Below are positions 22,255 to 31,156 of a stretch of 41,077 bases of DNA, one piece after another. Position numbers and translations under genes: made by a program. How positions within the stretch are numbered: the stretch's first letter is position 1; each line of letters begins with the position of its first letter. Source of the stretch: Chloroflexota bacterium (lineage in GTDB: Bacteria; Chloroflexota; UBA6077; FW602-bin22; JACPQP01); contig JACPQP010000183.1 in NCBI GenBank assembly GCA_016190465.1, positions 1 to 41,077 of the forward strand. Direction: 5' to 3'. The notes below the pieces were generated by a model, which saw only the letters and a program-made list of their open reading frames with translations, did no database searches and had not been told where the DNA came from.

Positions 22255-23178
22255 ATGGCGATGCCAGCTACTCGTCCCACCAATGCGAGCGCCCGCGGCG
22301 CTTCCGCACCAGAATCGAGGCCGCGGCTCCTCATCGTCGACAGCTCGGTCGACGATACGGTTCAGATGCGGCACGCGCTCAGCTCGTTCTTTGAGGTCCA
22401 GGTTGTCACCTCCGCCCGCCGGGCGATCCACCACCTGGAGCGGACGGGCTACGACCTGGTCATCTTCGACTATAAGCTGCCCGATTTGTCCGCCCCCGAT
22501 CTGATCCGCGCGATGAGGACGCTGCGCAGCGACGAGCCGTTCCTCGTCGTCAGCGGTGTCCGTTCCGAGCAGGTCGCGCGCGAGTGCCTGGCGCTCGGCG
22601 CTTTTGACTACGTGCTGAAGTCGACCGAGGCGTTCCGCGCGTTGCCGCGTATCGTGTCGCGCGCCCTGTCGCAGGACCGCCTGGTGGCTAGGATTCGGGA
22701 GCTCGAAGCGCAGGTCGCCCTGCTTGAGCGCAGCAGCGATCGCACCCGCGATCCCCTCACCGGTCTCTTTACCCGGCAGCATTTCCTCCAGCAGTGTCGA
22801 GCCCGACAGTTCACCGAGGCGGTATCGATCGTCATCCTCGACGTCGTGGGGCTAGGGTCGATCAACGAGCGATTCGGCGACGATCAGGGGGACAAGGTGC
22901 TCCAGCTCCTCGCCAACCTGCTCGGCGCAGCCCTTGGCAAGGACGACCTGGCCTGCCGGTACGGGGACGACGAGCTTGTGGTGCTCCTGGCCAAAGCCGA
23001 CGCCGAGCGCGCCGAGGAGGTTGCCGCGAACGTCCAGGCCGACATCCTCCAGGCAACTCATCTCGGCGCGAACCCTGTTGAACAGGGGGTTCGGCTGCGC
23101 GCCGGCGCGGCCACCGGCGTCGAGGGCGTCCCCGCCCTGATCCGCACCGCGGAGAAGAGCCTGGCCGATTGGAGCTGA
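22255..23178 (+). CDS. Response regulator receiver fused to a degenerate GGDEF domain
   Basis: Receiver LLIVDSS...DLVIFDYKLPDLSAPDLI...FLVVSG...DYVLK. GGDEF-domain blocks DPLTGLFTRQHF and ILDVVGLGSINERFGDDQGDKVL. The signature reads RYGDDEL instead of RxGG(D/E)EF. ATG 22255 follows GGGGGA; ATG 22195 is the alternative. Confidence 0.8.
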   Translation: MAMPATRPTNASARGASAPESRPRLLIVDSSVDDTVQMRHALSSFFEVQVVTSARRAIHHLERTGYDLVIFDYKLPDLSAPDLIRAMRTLRSDEPFLVVSGVRSEQVARECLALGAFDYVLKSTEAFRALPRIVSRALSQDRLVARIRELEAQVALLERSSDRTRDPLTGLFTRQHFLQQCRARQFTEAVSIVILDVVGLGSINERFGDDQGDKVLQLLANLLGAALGKDDLACRYGDDELVVLLAKADAERAEEVAANVQADILQATHLGANPVEQGVRLRAGAATGVEGVPALIRTAEKSLADWS

Positions 23179-23231
23179 GCGGGGCGAACACCAGGGCGAA
23201 CCGAGGTTCGCCCCGACCAGGAGAGAGAACG

Positions 23232-24020
23232 ATGCCCTGGCATCACGCCGTTCCTCATGCGTACACCGTCGTCGATACCCACTGCCACGCCGGCCTGCGG
23301 AAGTATGAGCCGATCGAGTCGCTGGTCGACCAGATGTTTCGGAACGGCGTCGACCAGGCTGTGCTCGTCCAGCACATGGGCGAGTACGACAACCGCTACC
23401 TCTCCGAGTGCACCCAGCGCTTCCCGGGACGGTTCGTCGCGGCGATGCTGGTCGACGTGGCCCGGCCCGACGCCCCCGAGACGATAGCGCGCTGGGCAGC
23501 GTGGCCGGGGATCCGGGGGCTGCGGGTGCAGATCCCCTGCCCCGACCCGGTGTGGCAGAAGGCCGACGAACTCGGGCTGGCGGTGACCGTCCGCGGCTCG
23601 CTGGCGGACCTGGCCTCGGCGGAGACGCGCGAGCGGATGGCCCACTGCGAGCGGGCGACGTTCTGCCTGGAGCACCTCGGCTTCCCCGACGCCGCCGAGC
23701 CGGCTCCCCACCCGACCTACCGGTCCGCCCTGCGCCTGGCCGAGCTGCCGAACGTCTTTCTGAAGGTATCGGGCTACTACGGCTTCACCGCCTCGGGGTA
23801 CCCCTACCTGGCGGCGCTGCCCTTCGCCCGGCTGGCGTTGGAGGCGTTCGGGCCACGCCGCGTGATGTGGGGCTCGGACTTCCCGCCCGTGAGCGGCCGG
23901 GAGGGCTACCACAACGCGCTGGCGTTCGTCGACCTGCTCTATCCGGGCCTCTCGCCCGACGAGCGCGCCTGGCTGATGGGGAAGACGGCGCAGCAGGCGT
24001 GGGAGCTGGCGGGCGAGTGA
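23232..24020 (+). CDS. Amidohydrolase_2 family metal-dependent hydrolase (sugar-lactonase / LigI-like)
   Basis: ATG follows AGGAGAG. N-terminal VVDTHCHAG (HxH metal ligands) and C-terminal VMWGSDFPP (Asp ligand). Confidence 0.75.
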   Translation: MPWHHAVPHAYTVVDTHCHAGLRKYEPIESLVDQMFRNGVDQAVLVQHMGEYDNRYLSECTQRFPGRFVAAMLVDVARPDAPETIARWAAWPGIRGLRVQIPCPDPVWQKADELGLAVTVRGSLADLASAETRERMAHCERATFCLEHLGFPDAAEPAPHPTYRSALRLAELPNVFLKVSGYYGFTASGYPYLAALPFARLALEAFGPRRVMWGSDFPPVSGREGYHNALAFVDLLYPGLSPDERAWLMGKTAQQAWELAGE

Positions 24021-24082
24021 TGAGGAGCCTGACCCACGTCGCCGCGGAGCACCCGCCCGATGAGATGGCCTGCCTCGAGGGG

Positions 24083-24589
24083 TCAGCCCGGATATACCGT
24101 CTCTGGCGGCACCCGCACCGACGGGATCTCGATGAGCTCGAAGATCGCGCCGAGCGCGTCCTCGGTTCCCAGGTAGGCGTAGCCACCGTCACCGCGCGCG
24201 CCGAAGCCCCGGCCGCTCTGGACGACCTCAAACCCGGCCGCGCTGGCATCGGCGATGCCCTTGTCCAGGCTGGGGACGAAGACGCCGAAGTGGTGGATGC
24301 CCTCCGCCCCGCCCCGCTCGAGGAACTCGTGGTAGAGTGTCGGCCCCTGGAGCGGCTGGATCAGCTCGAACATCGTGGGGCCGACCTGGGCGAGCGCGAT
24401 CCGCATCCGGTAATCGGCCGGGCGACCCCGGTACGTCATTTCCTTCACTAACGGGGCGCCGTAGGTATAGACCCGCCAGGGGCCGATCCCCAGGAGCGAC
24501 CAGTACCGCTCCATCGCCCCTTGAAGGTCGCGGACGACCACACACACCTGGTCGATCCGGGAGATGGGGAGCCGCGTGCTGTCCGTCAT
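24083..24589 (-). CDS. VOC (glyoxalase / bleomycin-resistance / dioxygenase) family protein
   Basis: ATG 24589 lies 6 nt after AGGAGG. ISRIDQVCVVVRDLQGAMERYWSLLGIGPW...GIHHFGVFV...YAYLGTEDALGAIFELIE shows paired beta-alpha-beta-beta-beta module features. Confidence 0.75.
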   Translation of the reverse strand: MTDSTRLPISRIDQVCVVVRDLQGAMERYWSLLGIGPWRVYTYGAPLVKEMTYRGRPADYRMRIALAQVGPTMFELIQPLQGPTLYHEFLERGGAEGIHHFGVFVPSLDKGIADASAAGFEVVQSGRGFGARGDGGYAYLGTEDALGAIFELIEIPSVRVPPETVYPG

Positions 24590-24619
24590 CGATGCCTCCT
24601 GTCCGGTTGTCAGGGCGCC

Positions 24620-24628
24620 ATTGTAGCA
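24620..24628 (-). promoter_or_regulatory. Extended -10 element (TGcTACAAT) for the VOC gene
   Basis: The minus strand reads tgctacaat, about 30 nt upstream of the VOC start codon. Confidence 0.35.
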
Positions 24629-24636
24629 CAATCGTA

Positions 24637-24660
24637 GGGGCGGCCCCCCGTGGCCGCCCC
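24637..24660 (-). terminator. 9-bp GC hairpin directly after the stop of the upstream TIM-barrel gene
   Basis: ggggcggcc / ccccgt / ggccgcccc, 1 nt from the stop codon at 24662-24664. No U-tract. Confidence 0.4.
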
Positions 24661-24661
24661 C

Positions 24662-25666
24662 TCATCCGCGAAGCACCACGCCAGGTGCCAGAAGCCGCTT
24701 CAGATAGCTCACCCCCCGCTCCAGGCGCGGGGCGAAGCGCTCGGCCCAGGGCACCGCCTCGATGTCGTGCGGATGGGAGATCGCTCCCCGCGTGATGCGC
24801 TCGTGCCCGGTCCAGGCGAGCTGAACGAGCGCGGCCAGCTCGGCCACGGTGAGCTCCGGATAGTGGGCGACGAACGGGGGATCGAAGATCGGCACGTGGA
24901 AGATCCGGTCCTGGTCCTCTATCGACAACTGGAGCTCCGGCCGGAACCTCGCCAGCAGGCGGACGATCGCCTCCAGCGGTATGGCCCCCTCGCCAGCCGG
25001 CGTCGCCTGCCAGCAGAGGCCGCCATCGTCGAGGAAGAGATAGGCGTCCTTCAGGTGGGTGGTCAGCACGTGGGGCGCGACCCGCTCCGCCGCCGCCAGC
25101 GGGCTTTCCAGCATCAGCAGCGTGTTCCCGGTGTCGAGACAGATGCCCGCCACGTCACCGCCGACGCGCTCGACGAGCCGGAGCAGATCGAAGGTCGTGG
25201 CGTCGAGATGGTTCTCGAACGCGAGCTTCGCCCCGCGCTCACGAAGGAGCGGCGCGAGTCGCTCGACGACGCGGACGACGTCGGCGAGCTGGACCGACCA
25301 CGGGACATCGGGGTCGTGCCGCTCGTTTCGCCCACCCATCACCGTGCGCAGGACTGTGGAGCCGGCATCAGTGGCAGCGACGATGCACCTGGCCAGGCCG
25401 TCGGCCAGCGAGCCGCCACCGGCCTGGAGGACCCGCCCCGGTGGCCGGTGCGGGTTGACGCACGGGATGCCGACGAGCAGCTCGACGTCGGCCACGGCCG
25501 CGTGCTGGCGTGCCTCAGCGATCTCGCCGTCGTCCAGCCGCGGGCTCAGCGCGAAGGCAGAGTCGAACTGGAGGCCCTGGATGCCCCGGGCCGCGGCGAA
25601 GTCGATCATCTCGTGGGCGTTGAGCGTTGTCGCCTTCAGGGTGTAGGTGTCCAGCCCGACCCGCAT
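24662..25666 (-). CDS. Xylose-isomerase-like TIM-barrel protein (sugar phosphate isomerase/epimerase family), copy 1
   Basis: MRVGLDTYTL...; metal-ligand-type blocks LAFENHLD and ICLDTGNTLLMLE. The ATG lies 2 nt after the stop of the upstream gene. Confidence 0.8.
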   Translation of the reverse strand: MRVGLDTYTLKATTLNAHEMIDFAAARGIQGLQFDSAFALSPRLDDGEIAEARQHAAVADVELLVGIPCVNPHRPPGRVLQAGGGSLADGLARCIVAATDAGSTVLRTVMGGRNERHDPDVPWSVQLADVVRVVERLAPLLRERGAKLAFENHLDATTFDLLRLVERVGGDVAGICLDTGNTLLMLESPLAAAERVAPHVLTTHLKDAYLFLDDGGLCWQATPAGEGAIPLEAIVRLLARFRPELQLSIEDQDRIFHVPIFDPPFVAHYPELTVAELAALVQLAWTGHERITRGAISHPHDIEAVPWAERFAPRLERGVSYLKRLLAPGVVLRG

Positions 25667-25668
25667 CC

Positions 25669-26535
25669 CTACCCCCGTCGATTCGCGTCGGCCACCAGCT
25701 CGCGGAGCCAGGTCAAGCTCTGCTCGATCAGCGGCCCGCCGTTGCCCTCGCACTCGATGCTCAGTACGCCATCGAACCCCACATCAACCAGGATCTCGAC
25801 GCAGCGGCGGATGTTCTCGGCGTTCACCCCCTCGCCAACCGCGCAGTGGCTGATGGCGATCCCGGTCAGCTCTCCCCGAGCGGCGGCCGCCAGGCTGGGG
25901 CTGACATCCTTGATGTGGACGTGGCTCACCCGGTCCTTGAATCGCGCCAGGAACGCGACCGGATCCTGACCGGCGATGAAGGTGTTGCCCGTGTCCATGT
26001 TCAGGCGGAGGTAGGGGGAATCGGCGAAGTCCAGCATCTCGCCAATGAACTCGGGCCGGGTCGTGTAGTAGCCGTGCGGCTCGATGTTGATCGTGATGTC
26101 GTAAGCCTCGGCCACCCGCAGGATCTGGCCGTACACCCGCCGCAGATGATCGAGCGCTTCGCGGTCGGTCATGCCCGCTGGCCGGTCCCGGTCGTCGGTG
26201 GTGTCGATCCGGGAGCAACCGACGAGCTTCGCCCACCGGATGGTGTGCAGCACGTATTCGACGCCGAGCGTCGCCCCCTCGGGGATCGACAGCGGAAAGG
26301 CAGCGTCCAGTTGCGAGAACTGCACCTCGTACCGGTCCATCTTCCGCCGCAGGAGGAGCGGGTCCTCCCACAGGGCCACGTGGGGCACGTAGCCCAGGCC
26401 GTGGCCCCAGGTGACGCCGTCGACGACGCCGCACTCGACATAGTGGAGGTCGTTGCGCTGCGCCCACCGCAAGCACTGCTCGAACCCCCAGTAGGCGCTG
26501 TTGAACGCATCGGTATGAAAGCCAATGTGCAGCAT
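25669..26535 (-). CDS. Xylose-isomerase-like TIM-barrel protein, copy 2
   Basis: ATG 26535 follows GGGAGG. MLHIGFHTDAF..., INIEPHGYYTT, LRLNMDTGNTFIAG, HVHIKD, SIECEG. The 613-aa ORF in the track is an artefactual extension through the permease gene. Confidence 0.8.
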   Translation of the reverse strand: MLHIGFHTDAFNSAYWGFEQCLRWAQRNDLHYVECGVVDGVTWGHGLGYVPHVALWEDPLLLRRKMDRYEVQFSQLDAAFPLSIPEGATLGVEYVLHTIRWAKLVGCSRIDTTDDRDRPAGMTDREALDHLRRVYGQILRVAEAYDITINIEPHGYYTTRPEFIGEMLDFADSPYLRLNMDTGNTFIAGQDPVAFLARFKDRVSHVHIKDVSPSLAAAARGELTGIAISHCAVGEGVNAENIRRCVEILVDVGFDGVLSIECEGNGGPLIEQSLTWLRELVADANRRG

Positions 26536-26558
26536 GGGTGCCTCCCTGCATCGCTTTT

Positions 26559-27473
26559 CTACTTCACGCTCCCGGCGGTCAGTCCGGCGATGAAGTAGCG
26601 CTGCGCTCCGACGAAGATCACGAGAATCGGCACGATCGAGATCGCCGCCGCCGCGAACACCAACTGGTACGGGATCGGGTAGCCCTGGACGCTCGTGTTC
26701 AGGAGCGCGAGGAAGATGGGCACCGTGTACAGCTCGGCCGTCTTCAAGTAGATCAGCGGCCCGAAGAAGGCGTTCCAGTTCCCCATGAACTTGAAGATCG
26801 TCAGCGCGGCCAGACCCGGGCCGATCACCGGAAGCACAATTCGGGAGTAGACGGCGAACGGACCACACCCGTCGATCTGGGCTGCCTCGATCATCTCGTC
26901 CGGCACCGAGCTGATGTACTGCCGCATCCAGAAGACGCCGAACGCCGACGCCACGCTGGGGACGATGAGCGGCAGCCAGGTATCGATCCACCCCAGCCGC
27001 GCGACGATGATGTAGTTGGGGATCAGGCCGACGCTGTTGGGGATCATCATCGTCGCTAGCATCACGACGAAGAGCACGCGGCTCCCCCAGAACCGCAGCT
27101 TCGCGAAGGAGAAGCCGGCCAGCGAGGAGAAGAACACCGACGCGCCTGTGTAGGTGGCGGCGACGATCGAGCTGTTGAGGAACGCCTGGGCCATCGTGAC
27201 TCTTCGCCCCGAGATCACCGGCGATGGCGCCAGACCCAACACTTCGAGGTAGTTGATCGGCGACGGTCGAGCCGGCCAGAACTGGATGGGCACGGCGAAG
27301 ATGTCGGCGAGGGGCTTGAGCGACGAGGTCAGCATCCAGTAGAAGGGGAAGATGAACAGGAGGAATGCGACGACCAGGACAGCGTGCAGGGCCACCCGCC
27401 CCAGGAGCGCCCTCCTGCTCGCCCCTCGGGCGCCCGCGCGAGACAGCGCCGCTGATCGAGACACCGTGCTCAT
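26559..27473 (-). CDS. Carbohydrate ABC transporter permease
   Basis: ATG follows GGAGGAGGGG. EAA-loop block EAAQIDGCGPFAVYSRIVLPVIGPG. Confidence 0.9.
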   Translation of the reverse strand: MSTVSRSAALSRAGARGASRRALLGRVALHAVLVVAFLLFIFPFYWMLTSSLKPLADIFAVPIQFWPARPSPINYLEVLGLAPSPVISGRRVTMAQAFLNSSIVAATYTGASVFFSSLAGFSFAKLRFWGSRVLFVVMLATMMIPNSVGLIPNYIIVARLGWIDTWLPLIVPSVASAFGVFWMRQYISSVPDEMIEAAQIDGCGPFAVYSRIVLPVIGPGLAALTIFKFMGNWNAFFGPLIYLKTAELYTVPIFLALLNTSVQGYPIPYQLVFAAAAISIVPILVIFVGAQRYFIAGLTAGSVK

Positions 27474-27528
27474 CTACCCCTCCTCCGATTGCCGCCGTAT
27501 CTCGCCGCACGGGTCACTCCAAGCCGAA

Positions 27529-27579
27529 GCGAGGACTCTTGTCCCCGGCCCGTCAGCCGATCCGGCCAAGACTCCTCGC
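27529..27579 (-). other. Stem-loop inside an unusually long (152 bp) gap between the two permease genes
   Basis: gcgaggactcttg (27529-27541) pairs with caagactcctcgc (27567-27579): 13 bp with one C.C mismatch, plus an inner ccgg/ccgg pairing. Confidence 0.5.
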
Positions 27580-27625
27580 TCGCGTTGCCGCGCTGCGCTC
27601 CTCGGCATGTCAATCCGTCGTCCCA

Positions 27626-28540
27626 TTACCGCGCAGTCCGTTCGCTGAAGAAGATCTGGAGCATCGACAGGGCGATGATGATCACCCCCACGGCGTAGGC
27701 GATGGCCGACGCGTAGCCGAACTTGAAGGTCTCGAAGGCCGTCCGGTAGATCAGCAGGCCCGTGACCAGGCCGGCCTCGTACGGTCCGCCACCCGATCCG
27801 ACGACGAGGTAGACCTCGTCGAACAGGTTGAACATGCCGATCGTCGAGAGGATCATGGCGAAGGCGATGACCCGCGCCATGAGGGGGATGGTAATGAAGA
27901 AGAAGGACTGGACGCCGCTCGCGCCGTCGATCCGCGCGGCCTCGTATAGCTCCTGAGAGATGGTCTGGATGCCGGCCAGCATGATCATCATGTTGGAGCC
28001 GACCCAGCGCCAGAGGAGCATCACGACGATGGCCGGCTTGATGAACCACTCCTCGCCGATCCAGCTCTTGGCGGGGAGACCGAAGAGACCCAGCACCGCG
28101 TTGAACGGGCTGTAGGGCGACGCGAAGAAGAACTGAAAGAGGATGCCGACGGCGACCCCCGAGGTGACGACCGGCAGGAAGATGCCCGTGCGGTAGACGC
28201 CCCGCAGGCGGAGCTCCCGGCTCAGGATCGCCGCGAACGTCAGGCTCAGGATCGTCATAGCCGGCACGTACACGAGCCCGATAGCCGCGGTGTTGACCAC
28301 TGCCCGCGCAAACGCGGGGTCGACCAGCAGCAGAGCGTAGTTCCTCAGCCCGACGAACTCGCCGACGCGCAACCCGCGCCACTCATGGAAGCTGATCCAC
28401 AGCGAGTACCCGATCGGGAAGGCGCCGAAGATGGCAAACAGAAAATAGAACGGCGAGATGAACAGGTACGGGGCGGCCTTCAGCCAGAGCCGTGAGGCCG
28501 AAGGGACCTGTCTGGTCGAGGCGACGAGCGTTCCGGCCAT
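27626..28540 (-). CDS. Carbohydrate ABC transporter permease
   Basis: EAA-loop block EAARIDGASGVQSFFFITIPLMARV and six hydrophobic segments. Confidence 0.9.
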   Translation of the reverse strand: MAGTLVASTRQVPSASRLWLKAAPYLFISPFYFLFAIFGAFPIGYSLWISFHEWRGLRVGEFVGLRNYALLLVDPAFARAVVNTAAIGLVYVPAMTILSLTFAAILSRELRLRGVYRTGIFLPVVTSGVAVGILFQFFFASPYSPFNAVLGLFGLPAKSWIGEEWFIKPAIVVMLLWRWVGSNMMIMLAGIQTISQELYEAARIDGASGVQSFFFITIPLMARVIAFAMILSTIGMFNLFDEVYLVVGSGGGPYEAGLVTGLLIYRTAFETFKFGYASAIAYAVGVIIIALSMLQIFFSERTAR

Positions 28541-28579
28541 GCGCGCTCCTTTCGGGCCATTGGAGGAGATGGCCAGAGC

Positions 28580-29938
28580 TCAGTCGAGTCCCTGCTTCTG
28601 ACGGATCTCCTTCGCTGCGTCGGCCAGCGCCTCCTTGGGTGACTTCTTCCCGTCCAGGGCGAAGGTCACGGCCGAACCGACGATGCGCGAGGCCTCCAGG
28701 AAGCCCTTGCCGTAGGTGTACGGCGGGATCTGCGAGTTCAGCTCGGCGTACAGCTTCAGCGCCTTCTGCCCGCCGTAGAAGGCCACCGGCTCGTTGAGGA
28801 TCGACCAGTTGACCGCGTCCTTCAGGACGGGGAACAGGTTGCCATCTGTCCACATGATGGTGCTGCCCTCCTGGCTGAGCTGGGTAAACTCCAGGAAGGA
28901 GAACGCCTCGTCCACCAGCTTGCCCTGGCCCGGAACGGCGAGCTGCGAGCCGCCGAAGGCCGTGGTCCGGGTGCCGCCCTTCTCGAAGGCCGGGAGGGGA
29001 TTCACGCCCCACTTCCCCGAGGTCTCCGGCGCGTTGCCGACGATGCCGTTGGCCAGCCAGATCGCGCCCGGGGGAGCCGCCGTGGTGGCATCCTTGTAGG
29101 TGGCGTTGGTCGCCTCACCGCCGATGTTCTGGTGGACCACCCCCTCGTCCCACAGCCGCTTGATGAGCGTCAGCGTACGCACCGCCCGGTCGTCGTCGAT
29201 GATGACCTTCCCGCTGTCGGCCGCGTAGATGCCGCCGCCCTGCTGCCAGGTCAGGTTCACCAGCGGGCTCCAGGCCTCCTTGGCGATGTTGAACAGCTTG
29301 ACCTTCCCGCCGCTCGCGTCCTTGAGCTTCTTGCCGACGGCGACGTAGTCGTCGTAGGTCTCGATCTTCTCGGGATCGATCTTGTACTGCTCGAAGACGT
29401 CGCGGCGGTGGTAGAGGCCGCTGGGCGACCCATCCCACGGCACGCTGTAGACCTTCCCCTTGTAGGAGCCGTTGTTGAGCTTGTAGGGCACGATCTTGTC
29501 ACGGTACGGCGCGATGTGCCGGCTGATGTCAGCCAGGCCGCCGGTGTCGGCGAGGATCGGCAGGTTGTAGTCCTGGCTGCCGGTGATGTCCGGCGCGCCG
29601 GAGCCGGCGGTCAGTGCGGTGAGCACCTTCTGGTGGATCTCGCCGGACATGTCGACGAGGTTCACCTTCACCCGCGGGTTCTTCGCGTTCCACTTCGGCA
29701 TCAGCGCGGTGAACGGCTTGTTGAACCACGACCAGAGGGTGATGGTGACCTCGCCCGTGGCGGGTGGCTTGGCGGCCGGGGCGGCCGCGGGAGTAGCGGT
29801 GGGCGCGGGAGCCGGCGCGGCCGGTTTGACGGGCGCGGGGGTCGGCGTGGGAGGCTGGCCGGCGCAGGTCGCCAGCAGGAGTGCGCTGGCGCCCGCGGCG
29901 CCCTGGGCGAGAAACAGACGACGGGAGAGACGACGCAT
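28580..29938 (-). CDS. ABC transporter substrate-binding lipoprotein (family 1 / CUT1 type)
   Basis: ATG 29938 lies 7 nt after AAGGAG. MRRLSRRLFLAQGAAGASALLLATCAG (twin-arginine plus lipobox), then a PT/PA-rich linker. In-frame ATGs at 29959 and 29974 lie inside the 15-bp repeats and lack an SD. Confidence 0.8.
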   Translation of the reverse strand: MRRLSRRLFLAQGAAGASALLLATCAGQPPTPTPAPVKPAAPAPAPTATPAAAPAAKPPATGEVTITLWSWFNKPFTALMPKWNAKNPRVKVNLVDMSGEIHQKVLTALTAGSGAPDITGSQDYNLPILADTGGLADISRHIAPYRDKIVPYKLNNGSYKGKVYSVPWDGSPSGLYHRRDVFEQYKIDPEKIETYDDYVAVGKKLKDASGGKVKLFNIAKEAWSPLVNLTWQQGGGIYAADSGKVIIDDDRAVRTLTLIKRLWDEGVVHQNIGGEATNATYKDATTAAPPGAIWLANGIVGNAPETSGKWGVNPLPAFEKGGTRTTAFGGSQLAVPGQGKLVDEAFSFLEFTQLSQEGSTIMWTDGNLFPVLKDAVNWSILNEPVAFYGGQKALKLYAELNSQIPPYTYGKGFLEASRIVGSAVTFALDGKKSPKEALADAAKEIRQKQGLD

Positions 29939-29954
29939 TCCAGTGCTCCTTCCT

Positions 29955-29984
29955 TCCATCTGCGCACATTCCATCTGTGCACAT
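29955..29984 (-). repeat. 2 x 15-bp tandem repeat in the 5' region of the binding-protein gene
   Basis: The + strand reads tccatctgcgcacat / tccatctgtgcacat (14/15 identical). The coding-strand reading is atgtgcacagatgga / atgtgcgcagatgga, which carries the same C[AG]CAGATG motif as 18146-18175. Confidence 0.75.
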
Positions 29985-30243
29985 TCGTGTCAGACGCGTG
30001 TCACGGTACCCGTTTGCCAGACGCTTTCCAGACCGATTGTTCGTTCGCGCGATCGACGACGGCTTGACGGCTCCCTCTCCGGTTTGCACCTCCCTCACAA
30101 CTCAGCAGATCGCCAGGTCTGTGCTCGTCTGCGTTCAGCCACGGTTCCACACGCTCCTCATCCTACAGCGCCACTTCTGCGGTTGTCTACCGTCGAAAGC
30201 AAAGGCTCCTCGGCTCCTCGGAATGACAAGTGTCGGTGGAGGA

Positions 30244-31086
30244 CTAACCCGGCGTGCTGACAAGATGCGCGAGATACCGCCGGCTCTCTTCCGCGAGCAC
30301 ATCGGCGCTCGGGGCCAACGGGCGCCAGATGGCCGCGGCGGCAGCCAGCTCCGGCATCGGCTGACCAAACGACTCGATGGTCAGCCAGCCATCGTAGCCG
30401 ACCGCTCGCAGCGCCGCGACGACGCCGGGCCAGTCGACGTGGCCGGTGCCGACGATCCCGCGGTCGTTCTCCGAACAGTGGACGTGCTGGAGGTGACGAC
30501 CGCAGCGGAGAATCGCCTCGGGGAGGCTTTTCTCCTCGATGTTCATGTGGAACGTGTCGACCTGGACCCCGATGTGGGGGCTGCCCACCTGCTCGACCAA
30601 CCGCACCGCGTCGACGGCAGTGTTCAGGAAGTAGGTCTCGAAGCGGTTCAGGGGCTCCAGGCTGACGACGACTCCGGCGCGTTCAGCCAGGACGGCGACC
30701 TCCTGAAGCGCCTCGACCGCCGAGTCCCACTCCGCGGCCAGCGGCCCCCGGCCGGAGAGCTCGCCCACCGGCGCGTACAGCGGGCCGGTGAGGAGCGTCG
30801 CGCCGAGGCTGGCCGTGATGTCGAGCACTTCCCGAATCCATGCGAGGCCACGCGGACGCTGGCTCGGGTCCAACAAGCTGCACCCGCGGGGAACCCCGGC
30901 CGAGGTGGTGCAGGAGAGGCCAAGCGACTCGATCTCGCGCCGGACGCGCGCGACGTCGAAGCATCCGAGGGCGAGCAGCGGGACCTCGACCCCCTCGAAG
31001 CCCACCCGTCGCGCCCGCTCCAGGAGTGGAACGTCGGCGTCGGTAAAGGGACCCGTCCAGACCATCAGGTTCACACCCAGGCGCAC
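30244..31086 (-). CDS. Ketose 3-epimerase-like TIM-barrel protein (D-tagatose / D-psicose 3-epimerase family)
   Basis: GTG 31086 lies 5 nt after GGAGG. VRLGVNLMVW..., SLEPLNRFETYFLNT, GVQVDTFHMNIEE, HVHCSENDRG (E/D/H/E metal-ligand pattern of this family). Confidence 0.75.
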   Translation of the reverse strand: MRLGVNLMVWTGPFTDADVPLLERARRVGFEGVEVPLLALGCFDVARVRREIESLGLSCTTSAGVPRGCSLLDPSQRPRGLAWIREVLDITASLGATLLTGPLYAPVGELSGRGPLAAEWDSAVEALQEVAVLAERAGVVVSLEPLNRFETYFLNTAVDAVRLVEQVGSPHIGVQVDTFHMNIEEKSLPEAILRCGRHLQHVHCSENDRGIVGTGHVDWPGVVAALRAVGYDGWLTIESFGQPMPELAAAAAIWRPLAPSADVLAEESRRYLAHLVSTPG

Positions 31087-31128
31087 GAACACCTCCCCAG
31101 TGACCGAGGAACACCGGCCAGGAACCGC

Positions 31129-31156
31129 TTGACTCACGGGATGCGTGCAGTATAAT
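31129..31156 (+). promoter_or_regulatory. Near-consensus sigma70 promoter for the IclR gene
   Basis: TTGACT (31129-31134), 16-nt spacer, TATAAT (31151-31156). Confidence 0.55.

Noticed and set aside
25669-27510. A 613-aa ORF spanning the TIM-barrel gene and the whole adjacent permease gene.
   Set aside because: Only the last 288 codons (from ATG 26535, with an SD) look like a protein. The upstream part is an out-of-frame shadow of the permease gene 26559-27473, which has a clear EAA loop and TM segments.
30005-30019. A sigma54-like TGGCA element on the minus strand (tggcaaacgggtacc), upstream of the second binding-protein gene.
   Set aside because: The -12 TTGC element is missing at the required spacing, and no enhancer-binding protein is encoded nearby.
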